From Parcubacteria bacterium RAAC4_OD1_1 (GTDB lineage: Bacteria > Patescibacteriota > Minisyncoccia > Phycocordibacterales > UBA9973), in contig AWSN01000001.1 in NCBI GenBank assembly GCA_000505065.1, forward strand, positions 487,772-551,771: DNA of 64,000 bases, in the 5' to 3' direction. The notes below the pieces were generated by a model. It searched no databases. It was not told the origin of the DNA and worked only from the letters and a program-made list of their open reading frames with translations. The position numbers and the translations under genes are program-made. Below, one piece after another: positions 20,063-28,571 of the stretch (position 1 is the stretch's first letter; every line of letters begins with the position of its first letter).

Positions 20063-21586
20063 ATGTTAACAATAATAATTATATCAGCCACAGCCCTAGT
20101 AGTAGGAGCTCTCGTTGGTTATTATTTGCGTCTCATTATTTCTATGGGCAAGAAAGGCTCAATGGAGCTTGAGATTAAGCAAATAATGCTAAAGGCAAAA
20201 GAAGATGCACAAAAAGTAGTCGATGAGGGAAAAAAGAAAGCTGAAGAACACATAGAAGCTTCCAATAAAGAAACAAAGAAAAAAGAAGAGGAATGGAAGC
20301 AAACAGAGAATCGTCTTATCAAAAAGGAGGAAATGCTCGATAACCGTCAGCTTGATATAGACAAAGAAGTAGAAAGGATTAAGCAAAAGATAGAGGAGGT
20401 TAAAAAGGTTAAAGAAAGAGTAGATAATATGGATAAAGAAAAAGAGCAAGAATTAGAAAAGATTGCTCGTCTTTCTACTGATGACGCCAAAGAAATACTC
20501 TTTAAAAATATTGAAGAAAAATATGAGGAAGATCTTCTTGTTAGAATGCAAAAAATGGAAACATTAAATGCAGAAAAATTAGACAGAAGAGCCAAAGACA
20601 TCCTCTCTGCAAGTATAAATCGTCTTGCATCTTCAACCGCATCTGAAATGATGACAACCTCAATCAATATTCCAAATGATGAAATAAAAGGTAAAATCAT
20701 CGGTAAGGAAGGTAGGAATATCCGTGCATTTGAAAAATGTGCAGGAGTTGAACTTATTATCGATGAAACACCAGGAACAATAGTTATATCTTCTTTTGAT
20801 CCAGTAAGAAGACAAGTCGCAAGACTTGCACTTGAAAATCTCATTTTAGATGGCAGAATTCAACCAGCTAAAATCGAAGAAGTGGTAGCAAAAGCGGGGG
20901 AAGACATAAACAAAATTATAAAAGAAAAAGGAGATCAAGCAGTCTATGAGTGTGGAATCTTTAACTTAGACCCAAGGATAACAGCAATCGTAGGAAGACT
21001 TTATTTCAGAACTTCATATGGTCAAAATGTCCTCCAGCACTCTATAGAAATGGCTCACATTGCAGGAATGTTAGCCGAAGAACTTGGGGCAGATGTCCAA
21101 GTCGCAAAAGCTGGGGCATTAGTTCATGACATTGGTAAAGCTCTAGATCACGAAGTTCAAGGTACACATATAGATATAGGTATAAGGATACTTCAGAAAT
21201 TTAAAGCTGATCCTAGAATAATTACAGCAATGAAAAGTCATCATGACGATACTCCCCACGAATCTCTAGAAGCTGTAATCGTCCAAACTGCCGATATGAT
21301 ATCAGGAGGACGCCCAGGAGCAAGACGTGACAGTGTAGAAAATTATATAAAAAGACTTCAAGAATTAGAGGCTTTATCACAAAGCTTCAGTGGAGTTGAG
21401 AAAGCTTATGCTCTATCAGCCGGCCGTGAAATAAGGATATTTGTGACTCCAGATAAAGTGACAGACCTAGAAGCCAAAGAAATGGCCCATGATATTGCAA
21501 AGAAAATAGAACAAGAACTCACCTATCCAGGCGAAATAAAAGTTACAATGATTAGAGAAAATAGAATAGTGGAATACGCAAGATAA
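20063..21586 (+). CDS. rny: ribonuclease Y
   Basis: N-terminal TM, coiled coil, KH (KGKIIGKEGRNIR), HD (HDIGK), RPGARR. Confidence 0.98.
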   Translation: MLTIIIISATALVVGALVGYYLRLIISMGKKGSMELEIKQIMLKAKEDAQKVVDEGKKKAEEHIEASNKETKKKEEEWKQTENRLIKKEEMLDNRQLDIDKEVERIKQKIEEVKKVKERVDNMDKEKEQELEKIARLSTDDAKEILFKNIEEKYEEDLLVRMQKMETLNAEKLDRRAKDILSASINRLASSTASEMMTTSINIPNDEIKGKIIGKEGRNIRAFEKCAGVELIIDETPGTIVISSFDPVRRQVARLALENLILDGRIQPAKIEEVVAKAGEDINKIIKEKGDQAVYECGIFNLDPRITAIVGRLYFRTSYGQNVLQHSIEMAHIAGMLAEELGADVQVAKAGALVHDIGKALDHEVQGTHIDIGIRILQKFKADPRIITAMKSHHDDTPHESLEAVIVQTADMISGGRPGARRDSVENYIKRLQELEALSQSFSGVEKAYALSAGREIRIFVTPDKVTDLEAKEMAHDIAKKIEQELTYPGEIKVTMIRENRIVEYAR

Positions 21587-21613
21587 TAAAAAACTCCCTT
21601 AGGGGAGTTTTTT
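21587..21613 (+). terminator. terminator after rny
   Basis: AAAAAACTCCC...GGGAGTTTTTT. Confidence 0.8.
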
Positions 21614-21805
21614 AAATACAATAAATTATTTTTTTGTCAAACAGTATACCCCTTGTTTTAAAATTAGCTTGGTATATAATAACATTATACCTATTTTATT
21701 AGGGATCGTTTCAAACGGTCGAAATTATTCAGTAAGTTGTAGTTTTTAAATTTTTAATTCTTGTATTTTTTAGAATTTAAAATACAGAAACTATAAACTA
21801 ATCGT

Positions 21806-22078
21806 ATGAATAAACAAGCATTAGTGGAACTTGTTCATGAAAAATTAGGCGGTACAAAAGTACAAGCCGAAGAAATTGTGAACGCAATGTTTGATGCTAT
21901 CGTTGCTACTTTGAAAAAAGGAGACGAAGTATCAATCGCAGGTCTTGGAATCTTTTCAGTAAAGGCTCGTGCAGCTAGAATGGCTCGCAACCCTAAAACT
22001 GGAGAAACTGTTAAAGTCGCTGCAACTAAAGTACCAAAATTTAGAGCAGCAAAAGCTCTTAAAGACGCAGTTAAATAA
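21806..22078 (+). CDS. hup: DNA-binding protein HU
   Basis: MNKQALV, GLGIFSVKARAARMARNPKTGE, PKFRAAKALK. Confidence 0.96.
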   Translation: MNKQALVELVHEKLGGTKVQAEEIVNAMFDAIVATLKKGDEVSIAGLGIFSVKARAARMARNPKTGETVKVAATKVPKFRAAKALKDAVK

Positions 22079-22104
22079 TCTTTTCTTTTATAAAGAACTG
22101 ATTA

Positions 22105-22144
22105 AAGAAAAACCACTCTATTCTATCCGTGAGTGGTTTTTCTT
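22105..22144. terminator. terminator after hup
   Basis: AAGAAAAACCACTC...GAGTGGTTTTTCTT. Confidence 0.75.
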
Positions 22145-22163
22145 ATTGTAATTTATAAACGAA

Positions 22164-22263
22164 AACAAATAATCTTATAAAAGGGGCTTTTGAGTGCGAC
22201 GGCACGAAAACTGAGCAAATTTCTAATAAGAAATTTGTGTACCCTTTTATAAGATTATTTGTT
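22164..22263. repeat. structured GACG-loop element, copy 1
   Basis: 22-bp perfect terminal IR enclosing GTGC-GACG-GCAC and CAAATTTCT-AATA-AGAAATTTG hairpins. Confidence 0.75.
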
Positions 22264-22286
22264 GAAGTTATTTTTTAAAAAATATT

Positions 22287-23036
22287 TTATTCAAGCATCA
22301 ACAATGCCAACATTGAAATTATACCAAGAGAAATAATTAATATTTGAATTATTGAATGTTTTATATTTTTCGTCTTATGAAGTTCTGGGATAAGATCAGC
22401 AACAGCTATATAAATGAATCCTCCAGCCGCAATAGGCATAAACCAAATAGATACTCCTTCTATAATATTTCCAAAAATAAAAACAACAATAAGACCTAAA
22501 AAGGAAGCAGAAGCTGATAAAAAATTAAACATCAAAGCTTTTTTCTTTGAATAACCAGAATGAATGAGTACAGCAAAGTCCCCTATCTCTTGTGGAATCT
22601 CGTGAAGTATAACAGCCAGAGTTGTAGCAATACCAAGAGGAATACTTACAAGAAAGCTTGCTCCAATAATTGCTCCATCAATAAAATTATGAAACCCATC
22701 TGTAAAAAGTATCAACTTCCCTACCGGATGCACATGACCTTCTTCTTTGTCTTCGCCATGATGATGCCAATGTATAAATTTCTCTATTATAAAAAATAAT
22801 ATTATTCCGAAAATAATAAAAATACCGACAAGATCTATTTTTATATTACTCTCCATTATTTCTGGAATAATATGAATAAAAGCATCACCTAAAAGTGCCC
22901 CTATCGCAATACTAATAAAAAAACTAATATATTTTTTTAAAACATTTTCTTTTAAAGAAAGAAAAAGAATTCCAATAAGAGAAACAAGACTTACAAACAA
23001 AACAGCAATTGTTCCATATAAATAATTTATTGTCAT
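22287..23036 (-). CDS. ZIP family metal transporter
   Basis: HWHHH loop, DGFHNFIDG, HEIPQEIGD, DLIPELH. Confidence 0.93.
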   Translation of the reverse strand: MTINYLYGTIAVLFVSLVSLIGILFLSLKENVLKKYISFFISIAIGALLGDAFIHIIPEIMESNIKIDLVGIFIIFGIILFFIIEKFIHWHHHGEDKEEGHVHPVGKLILFTDGFHNFIDGAIIGASFLVSIPLGIATTLAVILHEIPQEIGDFAVLIHSGYSKKKALMFNFLSASASFLGLIVVFIFGNIIEGVSIWFMPIAAGGFIYIAVADLIPELHKTKNIKHSIIQILIISLGIISMLALLMLE

Positions 23037-23085
23037 AATTTTATTATAACATATGAGTCAAGAAACAATTTGATATTGTTTTTGA

Positions 23086-23110
23086 TAATTTTGTCGGGGT
23101 GCCGGGAATC
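23086..23110 (-). repeat. 25-bp direct repeat of the tRNA-Pro 3' end
   Basis: TAATTTTGTCGGGGTGCCGGGAATC identical to 23232-23256. Confidence 0.9.
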
Positions 23111-23239
23111 TCGTCCTACGGTCGCGGGTGCTTTTCCATCTTTGATAAGGAAAAGCCTTTCGATTCCCGAACGCAAGAGAAGCAATTCTCTTGCTCACCA
23201 CAAATTAAAAAACTCTCTTCTGAGAGTTTTTTAATTTTG

Positions 23240-23310
23240 TCGGGGTGCCGGGAATCGAACCCGGCTCTCGTGTTCCCAAAACACGGATACTACCGATATA
23301 CTACACCCCG
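23240..23310 (-). tRNA. tRNA-Pro(UGG), CCA not encoded
   Basis: CGGGGTG/CACCCCG acceptor; CGTGT-TTTGGGA-ACACG anticodon arm; GTTCGATTC T-loop. Confidence 0.93.
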
Positions 23311-23353
23311 AAACTAAACATACAAACAAAATAAAATCAGTAAACCTGATTTG

Positions 23354-23424
23354 TGCGGGATAAGGGAGTCGAACCCTTCACCACAGTTTGGAAAACTGTT
23401 ATTTTACCGATAAACTAATCCCGC
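23354..23424 (-). tRNA. tRNA-Gly(UCC), CCA not encoded
   Basis: GCGGGAT/ATCCCGC acceptor; ACAGT-TTTCCAA-ACTGT; GTTCGACTC. Confidence 0.93.
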
Positions 23425-23466
23425 AATCATCATACCAATATAACAAATTTTTACCTTTTTATCAAA

Positions 23467-23883
23467 TCACAATATTATATTTTCTACTACTTTTACTCTA
23501 CCTAGTTTTTTATGTATATCAATATAAACAACCAAAAGGTCAAATTGCCATTCCCTATTCCCTACTCTATTACTTATGAGATAAGTTTCTACTATTCTTC
23601 GAAGTCTTTGCATTTTCCAAATATGCATATTTTCTTCTGGTCTACCTGTTTCAAACCCCCACTGTCCAGGCCTTGCCTGGACAGTGGGGGTAAATGAGAA
23701 TTGTTTTGATTTTACTTCAACAAAATATATCTTATTATCTTTTATTGCAATTATATCTATTTCTCCCCACTTTCTAGTGTAATTTCTTTCTAAAACAAAA
23801 AATCCGTGTTTCATAAGAAACCTACAGGCTAAATCTTCCCCAATTTTACCTATTTTTTGTGAATTTGAAGTAAAACTTTTCAT
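23467..23883 (-). CDS. yraN: YraN/UPF0102 family nuclease-like protein with in-frame palindrome insertion
   Basis: GKIGEDLA, ERNY, GEIDII, FVEVK; insertion PTVQARPGQWG. Confidence 0.9.
   Translation of the reverse strand: MKSFTSNSQKIGKIGEDLACRFLMKHGFFVLERNYTRKWGEIDIIAIKDNKIYFVEVKSKQFSFTPTVQARPGQWGFETGRPEENMHIWKMQRLRRIVETYLISNRVGNREWQFDLLVVYIDIHKKLGRVKVVENIIL
23655..23691. repeat. REP-like palindrome family 2, inside yraN
   Basis: ACCCCCACTGTCCAGGC-CTT-GCCTGGACAGTGGGGGT. Confidence 0.95.
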
Positions 23884-23885
23884 AG

Positions 23886-23901
23886 TGTTTCACGTGAAAC
23901 A
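23886..23901. promoter_or_regulatory. parS: parS site (perfect consensus)
   Basis: TGTTTCACGTGAAACA. Confidence 0.88.
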
Positions 23902-24039
23902 TTTTTAGGTGTTAATAACGGACAAATTCACCTAAAAATTGTACTTTACTAATAAAACCTTATTTATCAAGCTTTTTTATATTTTAGATATAAATATTTG
24001 AATTACAAAGTTTGTCTTTTATAAACAATACACACATAC

Positions 24040-24048
24040 TTATCCACA
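24040..24048 (+). promoter_or_regulatory. DnaA box
   Basis: TTATCCACA in an AT-rich intergenic region next to parS. Confidence 0.5.
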
Positions 24049-24122
24049 TAATCTATATTTTTAAAGGGTTTTTGGTGTGTATAAAAGACTAATAAAAGTC
24101 ATAATCTATAGTAGTAATTTTG

Positions 24123-24194
24123 TGCACCTGGAGGGATTCGAACCCCCAACGACGGTTCCGAAGACCGGTATGATATCCATTTCACTACAGGTGC
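24123..24194 (-). tRNA. tRNA-Arg(UCG), CCA not encoded
   Basis: GCACCTG/CAGGTGC acceptor; CGGT-CTTCGGA-ACCG; GTTCGAATC. Confidence 0.92.
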
Positions 24195-24290
24195 ATATTT
24201 TATATTATACAATAAAATAATAATTTAACAAAACAAATTGCTTTTTGATTTAAAAAATATTATAATAAAAAAGTTATAAAAAATAATTTA

Positions 24291-24361
24291 GCGGTGTTGG
24301 TTTAGTGGTAGAACACGTCCTTGCCAAGGATGAGACAGGAGTTCGATTCTCCTACGCCGCA
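24291..24361 (+). tRNA. tRNA-Gly(GCC), CCA not encoded
   Basis: GCGGTGT/ACGCCGC acceptor; CGTCC-TTGCCAA-GGATG; GTTCGATTC. Confidence 0.93.
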
Positions 24362-24368
24362 CAAATAT

Positions 24369-25922
24369 ATGGCTGATAAGCCAATTATAAACAACTCAAA
24401 AATCCCAAAATATGTTACACGTGTAACAGAAACCCTCGAAAAAGCTGGTTTTGAAGCTTTTCTTGTGGGTGGATGCGTCCGAGATCTTATTATAGGCAGG
24501 GAACCAAAAGATTGGGATATTACAACAAATGCCAAACCAAAAGAGATAATTCCATTATTTGAGAAAACTATATATGAAAATAAATTTGGAACAGTCGGTG
24601 TCTGTATTCCTAAAGAAATCCCCAAACCTAGTTTGGATATTTCATGCGAAACGGGAGACAAGGCTGAATATCATATAATTGAAGTAACTCCATACAGAAT
24701 AGAGTCTAAATATGATGATTTTAGGCATCCAAATGAAGTTAAATTTAGTAAAAAAATAGAAGATGACCTTAAAAGAAGAGACTTTACAGTAAATGCAATA
24801 GCGTATAGTATTTCTAAAGGACAACTTATTGACCTTTATAAAGGACAAGAAGATATAAAAGACAAAGTTATTAGGGCAGTGGGGGATCCAAAAGATAGAT
24901 TTACCGAAGATGCCCTTCGAATGCTTCGTGCTATTAGATTTTCAGCAGAATTAGACTTTTCTGTTTCATATGAAACAATAAACGCTATTTATGAGAATAA
25001 GAATCTTATAAAAAATGTATCTTTTGAAAGAATTCGTGATGAATTTACTAAAATAATAATGTCTTCAAACTCAGTTTCTGGAATAGCTTTATTGCAAAAG
25101 CTTGAATTACTTAAACATATAATTCCAGAATTAGAAGAGGGAATTGGATGTATCCAGGGTGGAGCTCATAAATACGATGTCTGGGAGCATTTACTCCAAG
25201 CCCTTGATCATGCTACAAAAAAGAATTGGTCTTTAGAAATAAGACTTTCTGCCTTGTTTCACGATATTGGAAAACCTAGATCTAGAAGAAAAGGGGTTAA
25301 AAAAGCCTATACTTTTTATGGCCATGAAGTAATAGGGGAAAGAATGGTGAAACAAATTATGGAAAGAATGAGATATTCTAAAGAAATAAGCGAAAAAGTT
25401 ATTAGTTTCACGAGAAACCATATGTTCTTCTCTGATACTGAAAAAATAACACTTTCTGCTGTAAGGAGGATTATTCAACATGTTGGTAAAGAAAATATCT
25501 GGGATCTTATGAAAGTCCGTGAGTGTGATAGGGTGGGAATGGCAAAAGCTGAAGCTCCATATAGACTTCGTAAATATCACGCAATGATAGAAGAAGCTCT
25601 CCGTGACCCAATATCCGTCAGCCAGCTAGCCATAGATGGAAACTATATGATGGGGGAGTTACACGTGAAACCAGGCCCCCGAATGGGCTGGATACTAAAT
25701 GCTCTCCTTGAAGAAGTCCTAGATGATCCAACCAAAAACAACAAAGAGCACCTATCAGAACTCGTGAAATCCCTTGATATGCTGGGCGATGCTGAATTAA
25801 AGACATTGGGAGAAAGAGGAAAAGAGAAGAAAGATAAACTAGAGAAAGAAGAAATCAAAAGGTTACATGTGAAACATGGGGTGAGCTCGGGTAAGGGACC
25901 TGAGCGCAAGACCGGAGCCTGA
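24369..25922 (+). CDS. cca: class II CCA tRNA nucleotidyltransferase with HD domain
   Basis: VGGCVRD, DWDITT, RRDFTVNA, EDALRMLRA, HDIGK; start moved to ATG 24369 downstream of the tRNA. Confidence 0.93.
   Translation: MADKPIINNSKIPKYVTRVTETLEKAGFEAFLVGGCVRDLIIGREPKDWDITTNAKPKEIIPLFEKTIYENKFGTVGVCIPKEIPKPSLDISCETGDKAEYHIIEVTPYRIESKYDDFRHPNEVKFSKKIEDDLKRRDFTVNAIAYSISKGQLIDLYKGQEDIKDKVIRAVGDPKDRFTEDALRMLRAIRFSAELDFSVSYETINAIYENKNLIKNVSFERIRDEFTKIIMSSNSVSGIALLQKLELLKHIIPELEEGIGCIQGGAHKYDVWEHLLQALDHATKKNWSLEIRLSALFHDIGKPRSRRKGVKKAYTFYGHEVIGERMVKQIMERMRYSKEISEKVISFTRNHMFFSDTEKITLSAVRRIIQHVGKENIWDLMKVRECDRVGMAKAEAPYRLRKYHAMIEEALRDPISVSQLAIDGNYMMGELHVKPGPRMGWILNALLEEVLDDPTKNNKEHLSELVKSLDMLGDAELKTLGERGKEKKDKLEKEEIKRLHVKHGVSSGKGPERKTGA
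24413..25876. promoter_or_regulatory. parS: six parS-like sites embedded in cca
   Basis: 24413 TGTTACACGTGTAACA; 24638 TATTTCATGCGAAACG; 24962 TGTTTCATATGAAACA; 25404 AGTTTCACGAGAAACC; 25657 AGTTACACGTGAAACC; 25861 GGTTACATGTGAAACA. Confidence 0.75.
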
Positions 25923-25972
25923 CGAGGCGAGGTGGGCTCGCGAGATTTTTCAACAGAAAAATACTTGTGAGT
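25900..25972. repeat. structured GACG-loop element, copy 3 (divergent), overlapping the cca stop
   Basis: GCCT-GACG-AGGC then GCTCGCGAG-ATTTTTC-AACA-GAAAAAT-ACTTGTGAGT. Confidence 0.6.
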
Positions 25973-26044
25973 AGAAAATAGGGAAGAAACAAAACTCTTG
26001 AGACTCTCGAGGCAAGGCCTAAAGAGTTTAAGGTATTAAAAAAT

Positions 26045-26160
26045 AAAAGAAGCGGGAACCAGAGGATCCCCGTTTCAAAACTTAACCTAACTAAACCAAA
26101 TTATGATTAAAGAAAAAATAAATTGTTCAAGTCAACACAAGAACAATTTAAAAAAGTGAT
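26045..26160 (-). ncRNA. candidate small RNA B
   Basis: TTGACT (26195-26190) with CATAAT/TAATAT promoter; 10-bp 5' hairpin (26119-26150); U-rich body; GC terminator 26045-26076. Confidence 0.5.
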
Positions 26161-26197
26161 TACTTATATTATGAACTTCTTATAAAATAAGTCAAGA

Positions 26198-26307
26198 ACA
26201 GAAAACCCCGGAATAAAAATCTCCGGGGTGAAAACAATTAAACAATGTCAGAAAACAGAAAACTAGAAACAAAATAATTAAACTGTGCAATAAAGAACAG
26301 TTTAATC
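26198..26307 (-). ncRNA. candidate small RNA A
   Basis: TTGACA-18-TATAAT (26343-26314); 5' hairpin (26276-26307); U-rich body; ACCCCGGA...TCCGGGGT-TTT terminator. Confidence 0.55.
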
Positions 26308-26326
26308 ATTATAATTATACCTACTT

Positions 26327-27124
26327 TTATACTTTTATGTCAATCATTATCGGGCAATGGTCTGAGCCCATATAGTCAGAGAGGGTTTTAAAACTTTTTA
26401 CATTTTTAATAAAAGATTTATTGGTAAAAAAGTAATCTATCCTCCAACCGACATTCCTATCACGTGCTCTTGTTTTCTGATCCCAATAAGTATAGACATC
26501 TTTTTGGTCGGGATTTAAATATCGAAAAATATCTATCCAATTATTTTTTATTAATTTATCCATCCAAGCTCTCTCGATAGGGAGAAAGCCTGTGTTGTTT
26601 ACATTCTCTTTTGGCCGAGCGAGGTCTATTTCATTATGAGCAGTATTTACATCTCCAGTAAAAATTACATTATATCCATTCTTTTCTAGTTTATTTATAA
26701 ATTTTAAAAAAGCGTCATAAAATTCTAATTTATATTTTAATCTTTCTGGTTTTATGCCAGCATTAGGAAAATAACAATTGATTAAAGCTAATTTCTTACC
26801 TTTCCCACCAATGGGACTTTTATAATACAAAACTAAAGTCCTACCTTCATCATCAAATTTTTTAATTCCCAAACCATACTCAACTCTTTCTGGTTTTACT
26901 TTTGTATAAATAGCTACACCACTATAACCCTTTCGAAGTTTTGAATATGAAAAATAAGAATAATAACCCTTTAAATTCCTGGATGCTTCATCAAGTTGCT
27001 CTGGCTCACATTTTGTTTCTTGAAAACAAACCATATCTGGATTATTAAAAGCAAACAGGGGAGTAAAGTGTCCTTGTTTTATCGTCGCCCGCAATCCATT
27101 TGTATTCCAACTTATAATTTTCAT
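26327..27124 (-). CDS. xth: exodeoxyribonuclease III / AP endonuclease
   Basis: SWNTNG, QETK, GYSGVA, GDVN, GWRIDY, SDHCP. Confidence 0.96.
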   Translation of the reverse strand: MKIISWNTNGLRATIKQGHFTPLFAFNNPDMVCFQETKCEPEQLDEASRNLKGYYSYFSYSKLRKGYSGVAIYTKVKPERVEYGLGIKKFDDEGRTLVLYYKSPIGGKGKKLALINCYFPNAGIKPERLKYKLEFYDAFLKFINKLEKNGYNVIFTGDVNTAHNEIDLARPKENVNNTGFLPIERAWMDKLIKNNWIDIFRYLNPDQKDVYTYWDQKTRARDRNVGWRIDYFFTNKSFIKNVKSFKTLSDYMGSDHCPIMIDIKV

Positions 27125-27147
27125 ATTAATTATTATATAACTATCTA

Positions 27148-27960
27148 TTAACTATTCATTTCCTTAAATAATTCTTCTGATTCTTTTTCGGTTATGTCTA
27201 TTTTTTTAGAAATTTCCCATATAACCTTAAACTGAGAAGCCACCATATCAGCAAATTCTTTACTTTCAAGAATAAAACCAAAATTATCCTTTGGAGAAGA
27301 AATGCAGGCAACCTTATTTTCATAAATCCAATAACCCATAGAAAAATCTATTCCCTCTGGGGCAACTCTTATTTCCCTGAGAAAAACTTCGCCAGTCCCC
27401 ATAAATGGATAATCATTCATATCAATAATATGCTTTTCTGGCCAAATAACATTCATATAAATATTTCTTTTCACTCTTTCAATATTAAATTGTTTAAAAA
27501 ATTCTTCTCCAAAAACTTCAATAACAAGTTTAATTGGAATATAAGCTTTAGCTTCCATATTTCTGTAAAGAAGTATGTCTCTTAAAATATTCTGAACTTC
27601 TTTTTTGCTTTCAAATATCTGAAAACGGGGAACAGAGGTTGGTTTTAAACCTTTTTGAATTTCCAAAAATGCTTTTGTTATGACATCCTTAGTATCATTA
27701 ATATTTTTTATCTGTTCATCCAAGACCATATTTATCTTTTCTGCACTAGAAACTAAAAAAGTTTTTACTCCATCTTTTTGAGAATGAACAACTAAACCTT
27801 TTTCTTGAAGATTCTTTAGATAACCATAAAGAGATGGGCGAGAAAGGCCAGTCTTTATTGCAATTTTTCCAGCTGTTTGTTCACCGTTTTCTAGTAAAAA
27901 TAGGAAAGTTTTTATTTCGTCTTCTTTAATACCTATATTTATAAGTTTCTGGCTGAGCAT
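27148..27960 (-). CDS. TrmB-family transcriptional regulator
   Basis: wHTH (GLSRPSLYGYLKNLQEKGLV) plus C-terminal effector domain (WIYENKVACIS); start at ATG 27960. Confidence 0.85.
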   Translation of the reverse strand: MLSQKLINIGIKEDEIKTFLFLLENGEQTAGKIAIKTGLSRPSLYGYLKNLQEKGLVVHSQKDGVKTFLVSSAEKINMVLDEQIKNINDTKDVITKAFLEIQKGLKPTSVPRFQIFESKKEVQNILRDILLYRNMEAKAYIPIKLVIEVFGEEFFKQFNIERVKRNIYMNVIWPEKHIIDMNDYPFMGTGEVFLREIRVAPEGIDFSMGYWIYENKVACISSPKDNFGFILESKEFADMVASQFKVIWEISKKIDITEKESEELFKEMNS

Positions 27961-28072
27961 ATTTAATATTATATTCCTTAGCTTTTCTGTTGTCAAGATT
28001 GTACAACACCATTTACAATAGTTGACATAAATGCTATACTATGTTTAAGTTAAACTTTTAAAAAAATAAATC

Positions 28073-28444
28073 ATGAAAAAGTTATTGTTCTTCGTAATGG
28101 TATTAATGTCAGTTTGTGCTAAAGCACAAATATCTGACAAGAAAAATCATTTCTCGTCTTTCTCAGGAGGAATGATCATTTCAGCAAATAATTCCATTTC
28201 ATTTATGGGGTTCGTGGGACCAAAAGTTTCTGTAACCCTTAATGTTGCGAAAAATTTTAAGGCTGAAGTTGGAGTAAATGCTTTCCCGGGATTAGTTTTA
28301 AAACCAGAATTAAAACCAGGATTAGCGCTGGGGTCAACTATTACTTTAAAAAATAACAATTGGAAATTAAAACCAGTTGTAGGTGTTGTTCTTATTAAAA
28401 CCAAGGAATGGCAACCAATGTTGGGCTTGGGTTTCGTCTTCTAG
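28073..28444 (+). CDS. small secreted beta-strand-rich protein ending in Phe
   Basis: MKKLLFF...CAKA-Q signal peptide; amphipathic strands; C-terminal LGLGFVF. Confidence 0.65.
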   Translation: MKKLLFFVMVLMSVCAKAQISDKKNHFSSFSGGMIISANNSISFMGFVGPKVSVTLNVAKNFKAEVGVNAFPGLVLKPELKPGLALGSTITLKNNNWKLKPVVGVVLIKTKEWQPMLGLGFVF

Positions 28445-28468
28445 CCGAAGGTTAGAGGAATAAAAATG

Positions 28469-28498
28469 AAAAGCGGTCGCTATGCGATCGCTTTTTTT
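28469..28498. terminator. terminator
   Basis: AAAAGCGGTCGC-TAT-GCGATCGCTTTTTTT. Confidence 0.8.
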
Positions 28499-28522
28499 AA
28501 TTACTGTGAAATTTCTTGTGCA

Positions 28523-28553
28523 CCCCAGTAGTAGAGCAAAGCTCACTACGGGG
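28523..28553. repeat. GC-rich intergenic hairpin downstream of xer
   Basis: CCCCAGTAGTAGAGC-AAA-GCTCACTACGGGG. Confidence 0.55.
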
Positions 28554-28571
28554 CAAGCATCTCTTATTTTA

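Noticed and set aside
23099-23579. ORFs 23099-23317 and 23388-23579
   Set aside because: They are antisense to tRNA genes or yraN and show no protein motifs.
24321-24368. N-terminal extension of cca
   Set aside because: It overlaps tRNA-Gly(GCC); ATG 24369 is preferred.
26803-26816. TCCCA-CCAA-TGGGA mini-palindrome in an xth loop
   Set aside because: 5-bp arms and a single copy; indistinguishable from chance.
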